Assembly: GCF_963921235.1 (NCBI RefSeq)
Contig: NC_086107.1
Location: 107,572,001-107,632,000, forward strand
DNA length: 60,000 nucleotides
DNA from: Mobula hypostoma
Taxonomy: Eukaryota
Direction: 5' to 3'
Position 1 is the stretch's first letter. Each line of letters opens with the position of its first letter. Positions 25,165-39,784 of the stretch are shown in pieces. Position numbers and translations under genes: made by a program. The notes under the pieces were generated by a model that was given only the letters and a program-made list of their open reading frames with translations, was not told where the DNA came from and made no database searches.

Positions 25165-26335
25165 ATACAAATTACAACGGGAGATAGAAAAGGCATGTAA
25201 AAAGGCCAATGTTACAATATTCATGGGGGAATTTCAATACGCAGGTAGATTGGGGAGAATCAGGTTGGTGCTGGATCCCAGGAGGGAATTTGTAGAATGC
25301 CATCAAATTGGCTGCTGGTGACTAGTGGTCGTGTTGTGACCGCTTCATTTCACGTTATATATCAATGATTTGGATGATTGAGTTGGTGGCTTTGTGGCCA
25401 AGTTTGTGGATGATACAAAGATCGGTGGAGGGGCAGGTAGTGTTGAGGAAGCAGGAAGTCTGCAGAAGGATTTAAACAGATTAGAAGACTGGGCAAAGAA
25501 GTGGGGGATAGAATATAGTGTAGGAAATTTTATGGTCATACACTTTGATAGAAGGAAGGTGTAGACTATTTTCTAAATAGGGAGAAAATTCAGTAATTAG
25601 AGATACAAAGGGACTTGGGAGGCCCTGTGCAGGATTCCCTAAAGGTTAGCTGGCAGGTTGAGTTGGTAGTGAGGAAGGCAAATGCAATGTTAGGATTCAT
25701 TTCAAGAGGAATTGGATATAAAAGCAAGGATGTGATGCTGAGGGTTTACAAGGTACTGGTCAGACCACAGTTTGAGTGTTGTGCGCAGTTTTGGGCCCCT
25801 TATCTAAGAAAAATATTATTGGCATTGGAGAGGGTCCAGAATGGCATTGGAGACGGCCCAGAGGAAGTTCAGAGAATGATCCCGGGAATAAAAGGATTAA
25901 TGTATGAGGAGCGTTTGATGGCTCTGGGCCTGTATTTGATGTGGTTTGGAAGACTGATGAGGGATCTTATTGAAACCAATCGAATATTGAAAAGCTTAGA
26001 CAGAGTGGATGTGGAGAGGATGTTTCTGATAGTGGGGGAGTTGAGGACCAGAGGGCACAGCCTCAGACTTGAGGGGCATCCATTTAGAACAGAGGTGAGG
26101 AGGAACTTCTTTAGCCAGTTTGTGGTGAATCTGTGGAATTCATTGCCACAGGCACTGTGGAGGCTGAGTCATCGAGTATATTTAAAGCAGAAGTTGATAG
26201 GTTCTTGATTGACCAGGTTTAAAAGTAATGTGGAGAAGGCAGTAAAGTGGGGTTGAGAGGATAATATGTCAGTCATGATGAAATGGTGGAGTAGATGTGA
26301 TGGGTCAAATAGTCTAATTCTGCTCCTTATGGTTT
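25165..26335 (+). mobile_element. CR1 LINE fragment (short endonuclease piece joined to RT C-terminus and tail), preceded by a hAT MITE end at 25123-25163
   Basis: ORF 25615-26208 KANAMLGFISRG..YKVLVRP..TRGHSL..RRNFFSQ..VVNLWNSLP, with the CR1 tail near 26310-26335. CAGGGGTTCCCAACCTGG at 25123. Confidence 0.88.
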
Positions 26336-27071
26336 CAGTCAATAATTTCACTATTTACTTAGAATGACAATTTATGTTTTTTCTTTCTTTTGTCTTAACA
26401 GTAGTTGTGTGCCTTTTTTTTGTAACATTCATTCTTGCTTTTATCTCGTGCCTTGACCCAGAGAGTCAATCTGCCTCTACAATTGCTGCTTTACCTACTG
26501 AGTTCATCTAGCAGTTTTGCTCCAGATTCCAGCATCTGAAGACTCTTGGGTCTTCATATCATGCTTTCTTCCAATTGCCCTTAACATTTTCCCTTTGTAT
26601 TTATCAAATTCTTTTATGACAATTTGTATTGAATCTACTTCCACAGCACTTTTTTTTTTGGAAAACATTTTGTCAACTCTGCTCTGCATACATATTGTCG
26701 GTGCATAATTGCCAGCCTAATCTAGTTTGGCTAAATGTCATGTTTCAGCTTAAAGATATGCGTTTCAACACTCTATCCTGTGTTTACTGACCCATCTGCC
26801 ACTGCTCTAAATGTGAAAGATTGTATTGCACCTCAGTATTTGCTGACACAACCTGGTGATCCAACGGATAAGACCACTTTAGGGTACTTCCCTATGATTG
26901 GTATAAATATTCAAAACCTTAACTTACTACAGTCTCCACCTTTTGAGCATCCATATTTACTTTAGATCTGTCAGCTTTATTTTTGTATATGTGCTGCCTT
27001 ACATACAGTTCACACAATGTATTGTGTGTGTTCAGTATATTCTTTAAGAGTTTTTTGTCCTTTGTTGACAG

Positions 27072-27125
27072 GGAAAACTATTCAGTGGAATCCCCTCAAA
27101 TATTTATCAAAACAGTTAATTGAAG
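27072..27125 (+). CDS. Candidate host exon (phase 1 KTIQWNPLKYLSKQLIE, or phase 2 ENYSVESPQIFIKTVN-stop)
   Basis: Acceptor ttttgtcctttgttgacag and donor AAG|gtgaag, 54 nt, in unique sequence just before a LINE fragment. Reading frame unresolved. Confidence 0.45.
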
Positions 27126-27164
27126 GTGAAGAAATCTGATGGATTTGATAGTTAACAAGGATAA

Positions 27165-27950
27165 AACTGAGGAGATATGTAGGAGCGAGATAGATCAGCT
27201 GGTTGAGTGGTGTCAAAGCAACAACCTTGCACTTAACATCACTAAGATCAAGGAATTGATTGTGGACTTCAGGAAGGGGAAGTCAAGGGAACACACACCA
27301 TTTCCTCTTTGAGGGATCAGAAATGGAAAGGGTGAGTAGCTTCAAGTTCCTGAGCGTCAGCATCTTTGAGGATCTATCCTGGGCCAATATATTGATGTAA
27401 TTGCAAAGAAGGCATGACAGTGGCTACATTTCATTAGGTGTTTCAGGAGAATTGATACATCACCAAAGACACTCACAAATTTCTGCATATTTACCATGAA
27501 GAGCATTCTAGCTGGTTGCACCACCATCTGGTATGGAGGGTCTATTGCACACAATCAGAAAAAAACTGCTGAGAGTTGTAAACTTAGTCAGCTTCATCAT
27601 GGGCACTAGCCTCCATACTGTCCAGTACACCTTCAAAAGGTGTTGCCTCAAAAAGGCGGTGTCCATCATTACGGATCCCCATCACCCAGGACATGCCCTC
27701 TTCTCATTGCTGCCATCAAGGAAGAGATGTATGAGTCTGAAAACACACACTCAACGTTTTAGGAACAGCTTCTTCCCCTCCACCATCAGATTTCTGAATG
27801 GACAATGAACCCATGAACACTATTTTTTCCCTTTATTTTGCATTACTTAATTTTCTTTATTGTAATTTATAATTTTTATTATTATTTATTACAATGTACT
27901 GCTGCTGCAAAACAACACACTTCATGACATTTGCCGGTGATGTTCTGAAC
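27165..27950 (+). mobile_element. Rex1/Babar-type LINE 3' fragment
   Basis: Encodes L..WC..NNL.LN..K.KELIVDFRK, then CLKKAVSIITDPHHPGHALFSLLPS..RFRNSFFPSTIRFLN (27533-27808). Confidence 0.85.
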
Positions 27951-28589
27951 TTCCTAATCAGTATCTGAGGGAGATTGTTCGTTTATACTTCCAGGTAGAC
28001 GAAAAAGGAGCAGAAAATAACCAAAGTACTTGTATTAACAATGATATAATTGACAAGAAGGTGATTCAGCTGATTAAACTTGTTTTATTAAAGGCTTTAA
28101 TTTGGGCTGTATTTAAGAAATCTCTTCCTCAGTTCTTCCCAAATACTCGCAATATGGATGAATTACTATAGAAATATTTATGGCATTGCACAGTGGGGTT
28201 CTCCTGTTACTCGTGAGGATCAAAATTTGGTGGTCTTGAGCATGGGCTCCCATCTCTTGATGTGGAACAACAGGTTCCAATTTATTTTTTGTTTTGTAAG
28301 GAGTATTCAACCTGTAAATCGAACTCTTTATTCTCAGGTATTGAAAGATCTGTTGAGTGGTTCTAGCAGTTTTAATTTTGACTTCAGATCTCCAGTACTT
28401 GCAGGATTTTTTGTTTTGAATTTAAGTCTACTTTTCAAGGGAAGAAGACTTCATTCATTTTAGGCATTATGACTCAAAGAATGTACGGAAACACTAATGT
28501 ATAATTTTGCACTTTGTCGTACCTGAGAATAACAGGCTACTAATAAAATAACTCATTCAACACCCAGTCGGATCATCTAGCAATGCCCA

Positions 28590-29540
28590 TGTCAGGTGCT
28601 GTTTATTGATTACATCTCAGTGCTTGACACCATCACAGCCTTAGTATTAATCAACAAGCTCCAAAACCTGGGCCTCTGTACCTCTATCTGTATCTGGATC
28701 CTTGACTTCCTCATTGGGAGATTATAGTCAGTAATAACATTACATCTTCGCTGAATGACAATCAACATTGTGCATCTCAAGGATGTGTACTTAGTCCACT
28801 GCTTTACTTTCTCTATACCAGAAATTTCTAACCTTTTTTTATGCTGTGGATCCCTACCGTTAACGGAGGGTCCGTGAACTCCAGGTTTGGAGTACCTGCA
28901 CTACACCCACAAATGTATGGCTAGTCACAGCTCAAACACCTTCTGTATATTTGCCAAATGCACAACTCACAACTATTGTTGCCAGAATTTCAGATGATGT
29001 GGAGGAGGTGTACAAGATTGAGATAGATCAGCTGGTTGAGTGGTGTCGCAACAACAACCTTGTATTTAACATCAGTAAGACCAAGGAACTGATTGTGGGC
29101 TTCAGGAAGGAAATGTAGAGGGAACACATATCAGTCCTCATCAGGGGGATCAGCGATGGAAAGGGTAAGAAGTTTCAAGTTTCTGATTGTCAACATCTCT
29201 GAAGATCTATCCTGTGCCCAACATATTGATGCAACTATAAAGAAAGCATGACAATGGCTATATTTTGTTAGGAGTTGGAAGAGATGTGGTATGTCACTAA
29301 AGACTTATAAAATTTTATAGATGTACCATGGAGAGCATTCTAACTGGTTGCATCACCTTTGGTATGAAGGGACCACTGCACAGGATTGGAAAACGCAGCA
29401 GATTTGCAAACTCAGCCAGCTCCATTGTGGGCACAAGTCTCCCTAGCACTGAGGAGATTTTCAGAAGGCAGTGCTTCAAAAAAGTGGCACCCATCATTAA
29501 GAAACCCCATCATGACCCTCTTCTCATTGCTTCCATCAAG
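28590..29540 (+). mobile_element. Rex1/Babar-type LINE RT fragment
   Basis: ESILTGCIT..SIVGTSLPSTEEIFRRQCFKK (29328-29597). Same family as 27165-27950. Confidence 0.82.
28819..28898. mobile_element. 80-bp hAT (Charlie-type) MITE
   Basis: Degenerate TIRs CAGAAATTTCTAACC / GGTTTGGAGTACCTG and imperfect 8-bp TSD CTCTATAC / CACTACAC. Its right end matches the reverse complement of the fragment at 25123. Confidence 0.65.
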
Positions 29541-31075
29541 GAGGACAACTACCCTCTGTCTTCTATGGGCAAGCCAGTTCTGAACCCAAACGGCTAATTT
29601 CCCATGCATCTTAATTTTGTGGATGAGCCTCCCATGAGTGCCCTTGTCAAACAGCTTACAAAAATCCACATAGACGACATCCGCAGCTCTATCTTCAACA
29701 GTCACCCTCGTCACCTTGTTAAAAAACTCAATCAAGTTAATAAGACACAACTTGCCCTGCATAAAGCCATGCTGGCTCTTCCTAATTAGGATGTTTTCCA
29801 AATGTTCATAAATCCCATCCTTAAGAATCCTCTCCAGTAACTTTGCTACCACTGATGTGAGACTTAGCAGTCTAAAGTTTCCAGGATTATCCTTTGTTCC
29901 CTTATTGAATAATGGAACAACATTAGCTACTTGCTAGTCCTCTGGGACCTCACCTGTGGCTTGAGAGGTCACAAAGATATTAGTCAAAGCCCCCAGTAAT
30001 CTCTTGCTTCTCTCAATAATCTGGGTTATATCTCATCAGACCCTGTGAACTTACCTAGCCTATTGCTCTTTTAGAGGCCCAACATTACCATCTCCTTTAT
30101 GTTGAAATGCCCTAGCACATTAGTTTGCTTGACACTGATCTAACTATCCTCCACTTTCTTCTAGTTGGTAAATACTGATGTATTTATTAAGGTCCGCACC
30201 CATATCCTCTGCATCCAAGCAAATGTTCCCCCCCACCTTTTACCTTAGTGGTCGTACTCTCTTCCTAGTTTTCCCCTCGCTCCTGAGTATCTGTAGAATG
30301 TCTTGGGATTCTCTTTAATTTTACTTGCCAAGGACTTCTCCTGGCCCCTCCTGGCTTTCATAATTCCCTTCTTGAGTTCTTCTGTGGCTTCTTTATAATC
30401 CTCAAGGCCTCTGTTTGATTTTAGCTTTCTAAGCTGTAATACTTATGCTTGACTCTTCTTGACTAAATTAACCATCTCTTTTGACATCCAAGGTTCTCTT
30501 ACCTTACCATCCTTGTCCTTCTGACTGAAACATACCTGTCCTGTACTCTGTCCAGTTGATCTTTAAGCACCCTTCACATGTCAGATATTGGCTTGCCCAA
30601 AAACAGCTGTTCCCAATTAACTCTCCTCAGTTTGTGCTCTCGTAATGCTCTCATTACTTGCTCTGCTCCAATTTAATACTCTCCCACGAGGTCCATACTT
30701 AACCTATGTTAAAACTTAAAAGAAATTGTGGTCACTGTTCCCTAACGGTTCATCTACTGAAAAGTCAGTCACCTGGTCTGGCTCGCTACTTACCACTAGG
30801 TACAGTACAGCCCCTCCTCTTACTGGGCTATCTACATTTTGATTAAAAAAAAAACCTTCCTGAATGCACTTAACAAATTTTCCCCATCTAAATGTTTTGC
30901 TTTAAGGTAGTTCTAGTTTATATTAGGTAAGTTGAAGTCTCCCATGATAACAACCCTATTTTTACACCTTTCTTAATCTACTGCATATCTGTTCCTTAAT
31001 ATCTGGGTGGCTACTGGGGTGGTGGGGGGGTGTTGTAGTACAATTCCATCACAGTGATTGTATCCTTCCCATTTC
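29540..31075 (-). mobile_element. Decayed CR1 LINE (endonuclease to RT)
   Basis: ORF 29412-29852 KLLERIL..SQHGF..CLINLIEFF..DVVYVDF.KLFDK..W..NWL..RRQRVV. Boundaries are approximate. Confidence 0.85.
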
Positions 31076-34034
31076 CCACTTCCTATAGTGGGAGAGTAAT
31101 TAGCAGAGATTCAGGGAAATGGGATCTATCAACATTTGGAAAGGCAAGGACTAATTAAGGACATTTATGATCATTTTGTTTGCTGGAAGTTGTGTCTCAT
31201 GAATGTGAGTTCCTTTAGAGACATGACTCCAAGAAGATTGAAGGCAGAGATGTAAATGCTGTTTATAGGGACTTTAGAAAGACGTTTTAAAAGACCTGGG
31301 AAGTCAGGTTACATGGAATCCAAGGTGAGCTAGCCAAGTGGTCACAAGATTGTGAGAAGGGAAAGATTTAAAGGTGGCCTGAGAGGCGAGCTTTACACAA
31401 GGGGTGTGAGCTGCTAGAGGAAGTGGTTGAGGTGAGTAAAATTACAACATTTAAGAACACTTGGATAGATACATGGATAAGGAAGGCCTGGGATAAATGC
31501 AGGTGAATAGGACGAGCTCAAGATAATGACTTGGTTGGCATGGACAAGTTGGGCTGAAGGGCCTATTTCCATACATCTGTATGATTCTTTGACTCTATTT
31601 TTAAGTGCCTTAGGGATGTGCATTGAAGATGATGGTGGATGAAATCAATCCTTTCATAAAGTATGGAGAGTATTATTGAAAGCATACTCCCTTTTGCCTA
31701 CCATTCCTCTTTATGCTCTTGAACTTGGACTTTGCATTGATCACTGTAATCAGGTGATTGGTCCAGGCTTGCATATATACTGCACCCTTGGACTCTATGC
31801 AAGGCAGTGCTAAATGATTGAAAGTTTTGGGTTAGTGTTTATTGACAGCAACCAGATCATCCAATGAATTGGAGCTTGGGTGGTCCATAGAACTTGCACC
31901 AAGCAGTTTATTGTGCATCAAAGTTAAGTTACTCATTAAATTGAATATCTAATAAACAGAGGAAGCAGAAACCATAGTAACTTCCAATAATACCAGGGTC
32001 GTTTTTCTAGTAAAATGCAGCAAGTGAAGGATAATTACACAAATGATGTGCCTAAACTCACTCCCAGTCATCACCAAGCTTAATTGATCCACTCGTCTTC
32101 ATTTGTTTGGTTACTCTGAAACTTTTCACTATAATCAATGTATCTATTTTTAATTAGTGTACAGATTGTATCCCAAAGACATTTAAATAACAAAATGGAT
32201 AAATTGTGAATGAGTTAGGGATTTAATTTTAGTAACTATTGCAACATAATTAGCAATAATATTTTAAGAAAAGGAGCAGAGGTATAGGGTTAACAGCTCA
32301 AATTTAATTATTACAATGCCACCTCCACCCAAGCAGTCTACAACATGCAACTAGCCTGCTTAAAGCTTTCCTGAATTCTTTAGGGCCATTGTTCCCAGCC
32401 AAAGGGAGGAGTTATGCTACAAAGAATATACTGGTGCGGCAGTAATACAGTTTTCATGTTCACATTTACTTCCTTTCATAACTAGCCTACAACGATTCCA
32501 ACTGCATGAGATCATCCACTAACTTCTGCTGAAAGGCTCAGACTTCAGAAATTGGGTGATGTGGAATTTAAATAAATTGTTCATTAAAATATGCCTGCTG
32601 CACATTTGTAGTTTTGTTTCCCACTCCTGATTCTAAAAGCTTGATGACTTCTTGTTGCATCAGCTGAGGTCTGACATGTAAACATAAGTTACTGTGGGCC
32701 CCCTAGTAAATTTAATCACCACCAGAAAGTTCAGGTTTCTGGGCTGAGTGCCATTTCTTTTTGCTTGGCTGTGTGAGCACTCCTGCCTGGTTATTGCTCA
32801 GAGGGCCACCACGCAGCAGACTGAAGGAAAGTCGCCACCTATTTGCCTTGTCTGTTAAGAATTAAAGCAGAAAGTTCTGGAAATACTCAACAATTCAGGC
32901 TACATCTGTGGAAGCAGAAGCTGTTATATTTCAGGTTGGTGGCCTTTCATTAGAACTTTGAAGAGATAGCAATAAAAGAGGTTTAAATTGCATTGAAGGA
33001 TGGGTGGTGGGGGAAGGTTGGTCCACAGAAAAAAACACCCTGAAAAAATAAAGAGCAGAGATAGGCTGCTTACCCTGCCATTCACTATGATCTGCTCCTG
33101 TCTCAGCCCTCAACTTCCCCTTTCCAAAATTGACCTATTTTATAAATACTTCACTGAGCAAACCTTCACAGTTCCAGAGATTTACCATACACTGCAAGAA
33201 GAAATTCCTATGATCTTCAGTTTTAAGTAATTGCCCCTTGTCTTGTTTGAGCCTTGCCTACTAGTGCAAAACTTCAACATCTATATTGGCTTGCTCTTTG
33301 TCCTATATGTTTCAAATACAATCACCCCCTCATTCTTGTATACTCAAAAAGAAATGAAACCTGACTTATACAGCCATTCCTGTTAAGGCTAGTCTGTTAC
33401 CCTAGGAATTGATAAAGAGAACCTCTTCTGGATAGCTTCTAGTGTTTGTATATGCTTCCTTAAATAGGGGGACCAAACTCAGATATAATATTCCAGATGC
33501 CTTGCTCTTCCAATGTATGGGTTTTGTATTTCTAAACTATTTGCCTTTCAAGCAGCTTGCTGTACCTGTTTGCTAACCCTATGTTTCACACACAAGAACA
33601 CCTAGAATCCCCCCACCATGCTCCACTCATTTGTAATCTCTCACTATTTACATAACCTGCTTTTTGAACTACATCTCACATTTTCCTAAATTAAGCATAA
33701 TTTATAAACATGAGATTTGGCTAATGGTGGAAATCCAGAGCAGCACCCACAAAATGCTGGTCAGATCAGGCAGCGTCTGTGGGAATAAATAAAGAACCGA
33801 TGTTTTGGGCTGACACCCTTCTTCAGGACGGGAAAGGAAAGGGGAAAGGCATCAGAATAAAAAGGTGAGGGGAGATGAAAGAGCACCAGCTATAAGGTGA
33901 TAGGTGCAGCCAGGTGGGTGGGAAAAGTAAAGGGATGGAGAAGAATGAACCTGATGGGAGAGGAGAGTGGACCATGGGAGAAAAGGAAAATGGATAGACA
34001 CCAAGGGAATCCTTCTGACCCGGTGTTCTGTTTT

Positions 34035-36072
34035 AGAAACATAGAAACATAGAAAATAGGTGCAGGAGTAGGCCATTCGGCCCTTCGAGCCTGCACCGCC
34101 ATTTATTATGATCATGGCTGATCATCCAACTCAGAACCCCGCCCCAGCCTTCCCTCCATACCCCCTGACCCCCGTAGCCACAAGGGCCATATCTAACTCC
34201 CTCTTAAACATAGCCAATGAACTGGCCTCAACAGTTTCCTGTGGCAGAGAATTCCACAGATTCACCACTCTCTGTGTGAAGAAGTTTTTCCTAATCTCGG
34301 TCCTAAAAGGCTTCCCCTCTATCCTCAAACTGTGACCCCTCGTTCTGGACTTCCCCAACATCGGGAACAATCTTCCTGCATCTAGCCTGTCCAATCCCTT
34401 TAGGATCTTATATGTTTCAATCAGATCCCCCCTCAATCTTCTAAATTCCAACGAGTACAAGCCCAGTTCATCCAGTCTTTCTTCATATGAAAGTCCTGCC
34501 ATCCCAGGAATCAATCTGGTGAACCTTCTTTGTACTCCCTCTATGGCAAAGATGTCTTTCCTCAGATTAGGGGACCAAAACTGCACACAATACTCCAGGT
34601 GTGGTCTCACCAAGGCCTTGTACAACTGCAGTAGTTACTCCCTGCTCCTGTACTCGAATCCTCTCGCTATAAATGCCAGCATACCATTCGCCTTTTTCAC
34701 CGCCTGCTGTACCTGCATGCCCACTTTCAATGACTGGTGTATAATGACACCCAGGTCTCGTTGCACCTCCCCTTTTCCTAATCGCCACCATTCATATAAT
34801 AATCTGTTTTCCTATTTTTGCCACCAAAGTGGATATCTTCACATTTATCCACATTAAATTGCATCTGCCATGAGATTGCCCACTCACCCAACCTATCCAA
34901 GTCACCCTGCATCCTCTTAGCATCCTCCTCACTGCTAACACTGCCACCCAGCTTCATGTCATCTGCAAACTTGGAGATGCTGCATTTACTTCCCTCATCC
35001 AAGTCATTAATATATATTGTAAACAACTGGGGTCCCAGCACTGAGCCTTGCGGTACCCCACTAGTCACCGCCTGCCATTCTGAAAAGGTCCCGTTTATTC
35101 CCACTCTTTGCTTCCTGTCTGCTAACCAATTCTCCACCCACACCAATACCTTACCCCCAATACTGTGTGCTTTAAGTTTGCACACTAATCTCCTGTGTGG
35201 GACCTTGTCAAAATCCTTTTGAAAATCCAAATATACCACATCCACTGGTTCTCCCCTATCCACTCTACTAGTTACATCCTCAAAAAAATTCTATGAGATT
35301 CGTCAGACATGATTTTCCTTTCACAAATCCATGCTGACTTTGTCCGATGATTTCACCGCTTTCCAAATGTGCTGTTATCACATCCTTGATAACTGACTCC
35401 AGCAGTTTCCCCACCACCGACGTTAGGCTAACCGGTCTATAATTCCCCGGTTTCTCTCTCCCTCCTTTTTTAAAAAGTGGAGTTACATTAGCCACCCTCC
35501 AATCCTCAGGAACTAGTCCAGAATCTAACGAGTTTTGAAAAATTATCACTAATGCATCCACTATTTCTTGGGCTACTTCCTTAAGCACTCTAGGATGCAG
35601 ACCATCTGGCCCTGGGGATTTATCTGCCTTCAATCCCTTCAATTTACCTAACACCACTTCCCTACTAACATGTATTTCACTCAGTTCCTCCATCTCACTG
35701 GACCCTCTGTCCCTTACTATTTCTGGAAGATTATTTATGTCCTCCTTAGTGAAGACAGAACCAAAGTAATTATTCAATTGGTCTGCCATGTCCTTGCTCC
35801 CCATAATCAATTCACCTGTTTCTGTCTGCAGGGGACCTACATTTGTCTTTACCAGTCTTTTCCTTTTTACATATCTATAAAAGCTTTTACAGTCCGTTTT
35901 TATGTTCCCTGCCAGTTTTCTCTCATAATCTTTTTTCCCCTTCCTAATTAAGCCCTTTGTCCTCCTCTGCTGAACTCTGAATTTCTCCCAGTCCTCAGGT
36001 GAGCCACTTTCTCTGGCTAATTTGTATGCTTCTTCTTTGGAATTGATACTATCCCTAATTTCTCTTGTCAGC
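34035..36072 (-). mobile_element. Young 5'-truncated CR1 LINE (near-intact RT), inserted into older Penelope/CR1 debris
   Basis: ORFs 35280-35810, 34778-35263 and 34131-34625 with [27 protein letters not shown] and LYKALVRPHLEYC. 3' tail (AGAAACAT)n at 34035-34055. Confidence 0.96.
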
Positions 36073-39000
36073 TAGTCTTATAACCAGTCTTCAATCCATG
36101 ATAATATGCATCCCCCAATACCATGTGCTCTTGTATAACAGCCTGTTATATGACAGTTTATCACACACCTTGTGGAAAGCTGCAAGTTCACCTGCATTGA
36201 TTCTGTTTGTTACATCCTCAAAGAACTCCAGTCAATTTGTCAAAGGTGATTTCTGTTTATAAAACTATGTTAACTTGAATGTACCAAGTTTCTCTAAAGT
36301 GATCTTTACTTATACGCTCCATCATTTTGCCAGCTTGGTGGTGTTTAGTTTTCAGCTTTTTGACTTTCTTCCTTGAATAAAAGTATCATATTTGTGTTTA
36401 CTCAATCATAGAATTAAGTTTTGAAAAACTTCAACCAATAGCTGCACTACCTTTGTAGCCACTTCCTGTAAAACACTTGGTTACAGGCTTTTGACTTATT
36501 GGTGATCTTTATGCCTTTAGCCTTATTAGTTTTTCCACTGCTTGTCCTTTGTGATTGGGATGGTTACAGATTCTTCCATGCTATTTGAAACTAGCCCATT
36601 TGTCATCTCTGGGATATAAGTAGTGTCCTTTACTGATGCAAAAAATTGGTTTAAATTATTTAGCAAAAAATTATTTACCATTATTAATTCCTTAGTGGCA
36701 CTCTCCAGAGGTTCCATGTTTGCTTTCACTACCATTTCCCATCTGAAGGATGCAGACTAAAAGAGGGCAGCAGAGCCACACAGTCAGTGGAGCTGCAGAG
36801 ACCCAGTTAAACCCTGACCTGTGTGGAGTTTGAATGTTCTCTCGAGGGTCTTGTAAGTTTTCACCAGGTAGTCTGGTTTCCTCCTACATCCTCAAGATTG
36901 ATTACTGTAGATTTCACCTACTATGTATGTGAATGGAATAATCCGAGGGAAGTTGATGGTAATATGGACAGAATTAGGGATTACTATAGGATTAGTGTAA
37001 ATGAAGTGTCTCAGCCCCCAACATCAACTGTTACATCATTTCTATAGACGCTGCTTGGCCTGCTGAGTTCTTCCATCACTTTTGTGTGTGTTGCCCTGAA
37101 TCTAATCAGTTGAAGGGCTTGCTTCCGTGGTGTATCTCGATGACTGTTAGTTTGGAAAAGGCTAGTGATTGACATGCGATAGCTGGAAGAGTTGTAAATA
37201 GAGGGAGATAAAATCTGACATCACCAGCAGAAAGAAAACAAAATACAATGCTGGAAATGGTGAAATACAAGACTGAAATGGCTGAATTCAATATCTGTAC
37301 TTTCACCTTGTCCCTTCCATCTTTCAGGGATCCAAGCAATCTTTCCATCAGAAGCAGCAATTTGGTTGACTTCTGATCTCATGTAGAACAACTGGTGTTC
37401 ACAATATGGTCTCTTCTGCTTTTGGAGAAACCAAATGTAGATTGGATGTTTGCTTTGTGGAGCACTTCATTCTTCAAATATGATCCTGAGATTCTGGTTT
37501 GCTACCACTTTAATTCTCCATCAAATTCCCACTCTAATAAATCAGTCTGTGGCCTTCTGCACTTTTACGATGAGGGCAACAAGGAACAACATCTCTTTCA
37601 CCTGGGATGTAGTAGCTTTCCATATTGTGTCTATTTATCTGGCCATGAATAACTTGCCCCTTTCTCTCTAGGTTAGAACTGACCACTTCTACTTGTCATC
37701 TGTGATTTTTGACTCTGACCTTCCCTACCTCCAGTAATATAGCCTAATGTGCTGAGTGTTTCCAACATGACAGACAATGGTATAAGAACATTTAGACAAC
37801 CGTGCTGCATAGCTCTTCTGGAAGTAGTTATTCTTATAGACATCCATATAAGACAATATTCACATTTCTGCCTTCAACCTTCTTGGGTTCACCTCTTTTA
37901 AAGAAACTCACAATCATGAGACACAAAGAGTTTTTGCTATATATTGGAATGTACGTGCTAACAGCTTCCAATATACCAGAATTTCCATCAATGGGGAATC
38001 CAGAAGCTGCCGCATTCATACATTTGGTCATATCCTATCAGAATATTTCTTCTGTCCTATCTGGCCTTCCCTCATCCTCAAACTAAAACTAACTTTATTT
38101 TTTTTCCCTATTCTGACTTAGAGTCTTGGGTATTAAGTCTGTTTCTCTTTATGCCTGATATTGAGTGTAATCAGTATTCCCTGGTATTTGTAGCATGTGT
38201 TGCATTGCTTGTTATTCAGACCTCAAAATAATCTGTGTGATGTATTGTTTTAGTAATTGGCAAAGTTGATCATGCACATTGTTTCCTGATAGGAATGGGG
38301 GTCATATCCCAAGCAACAAAAACATAATTGCTGAGAAGATAGCATTGAGGGAGTAAGTTAGCTGAAACTGGTAGCCCATTAGGGGAAGTCAGTAAAATAT
38401 ACTTCAAGGGATAAGTGCTTCTTGGCAGAGAAAATTGAAGGATATGGTTAGAAGGTGGATAGCTGGAGTTTTTCCAGTAAAAGAAACTGTCTTGTTTAAC
38501 CCAATTGATCAGTTCCTGTTCCTAAAAATCAAAATATTCTTAACTGTAAAGTTCAAAGACAACAAACAGAACATTCTGTGTACCAGTGTAATATCTTATA
38601 ATTCTCTTTACCCTGAAATGTGTAACACTGGACATATTGTTTTCTTGCCAGTTTCTTCTGTTTAGCGGAAGAGGCAAAAAAAAACTGCAGGGCCTTTTCT
38701 GCTTTAGTTTCGCCAAGGAAAACAGCATTTAAAAATTAACCAATTGGGTATCAGAGAGCATTAGAGTTGCTTACATTTTGTTCAACTGTGTGTGATTACA
38801 TCGGGTAAATTTCCGTCTTTGTATATTGTGGCACAGTAAGTGAAGGAGGCAGTTTCTTTCAATTCACTTTCTATATAGAGCTTTCTTTTGCTTTGTATTT
38901 TTCCTCAGTTTAGCTAACACAAACAAAACTCTCAAGATAAGGAAGTAAACTATGCCTATATAAACTGGTCCTGGTAAACATACAAGCTTAGACTATGTAG

Positions 39001-39784
39001 AGTAGTAATCAACTGTGTAAATACCAGACATTGATAATCTTCAGCAAGATTGATTCTAACAACTGCCTATGATGAGCAGTACCTTTGTTAGATTCCTCCA
39101 TTGTCAACATTTTGAGAGTCACCGTTGACCAGAACTGAAAATCAGGGGAAGAAAAAACTATAGGTGCTCAAAATCTGAAATATACATGGAAAATGCAGGT
39201 ATTTTAACATCATCTTTTCTATCATTGGCCAAAACTTTATCTAGACCAGACGTGCGCGTGCGTGTATGTGTGTATACATGCAGTGGGTGTAAGAGTATGT
39301 CAGAAGTGACAAGTGACCCTTCAAGTAACCACAGATAACCTTTCATCACTTAATAGATTTGAATCAGCAGTTTCTTGGAATATTTTGCACTTGCTGAGAT
39401 GGATATAACTTAAATATTGAGAAAGTCGGAATCCATAAAAACAGATGAATTAGGTGTAGGATTACAGTTTCTCTCAACTCTGCACTGTTATTTAATGAGA
39501 TCAAAGCTGATCTGATTGTTACCTCAACTGCATGTTCCAATCTACAGGTGATAACTTTTCTGTTGATAATTCTTGTTGCTTATTAAGAATTTTAAAATAT
39601 TCAGAAACTCTTGGTTTCATCATTCATTGAGAATGTGTGTTGCAAAGATTCACAACTCTCAGAGAAAATGTTTTGTCTAATTTCTTTTTCAAATGGATAA
39701 GAGATAAGCACTTATTGCCTAGTAACACACATAAAAGTTGCTGGTGAACGCAGCAGGCCAGGCAGCATCTCTAGGAAGAGGTAC

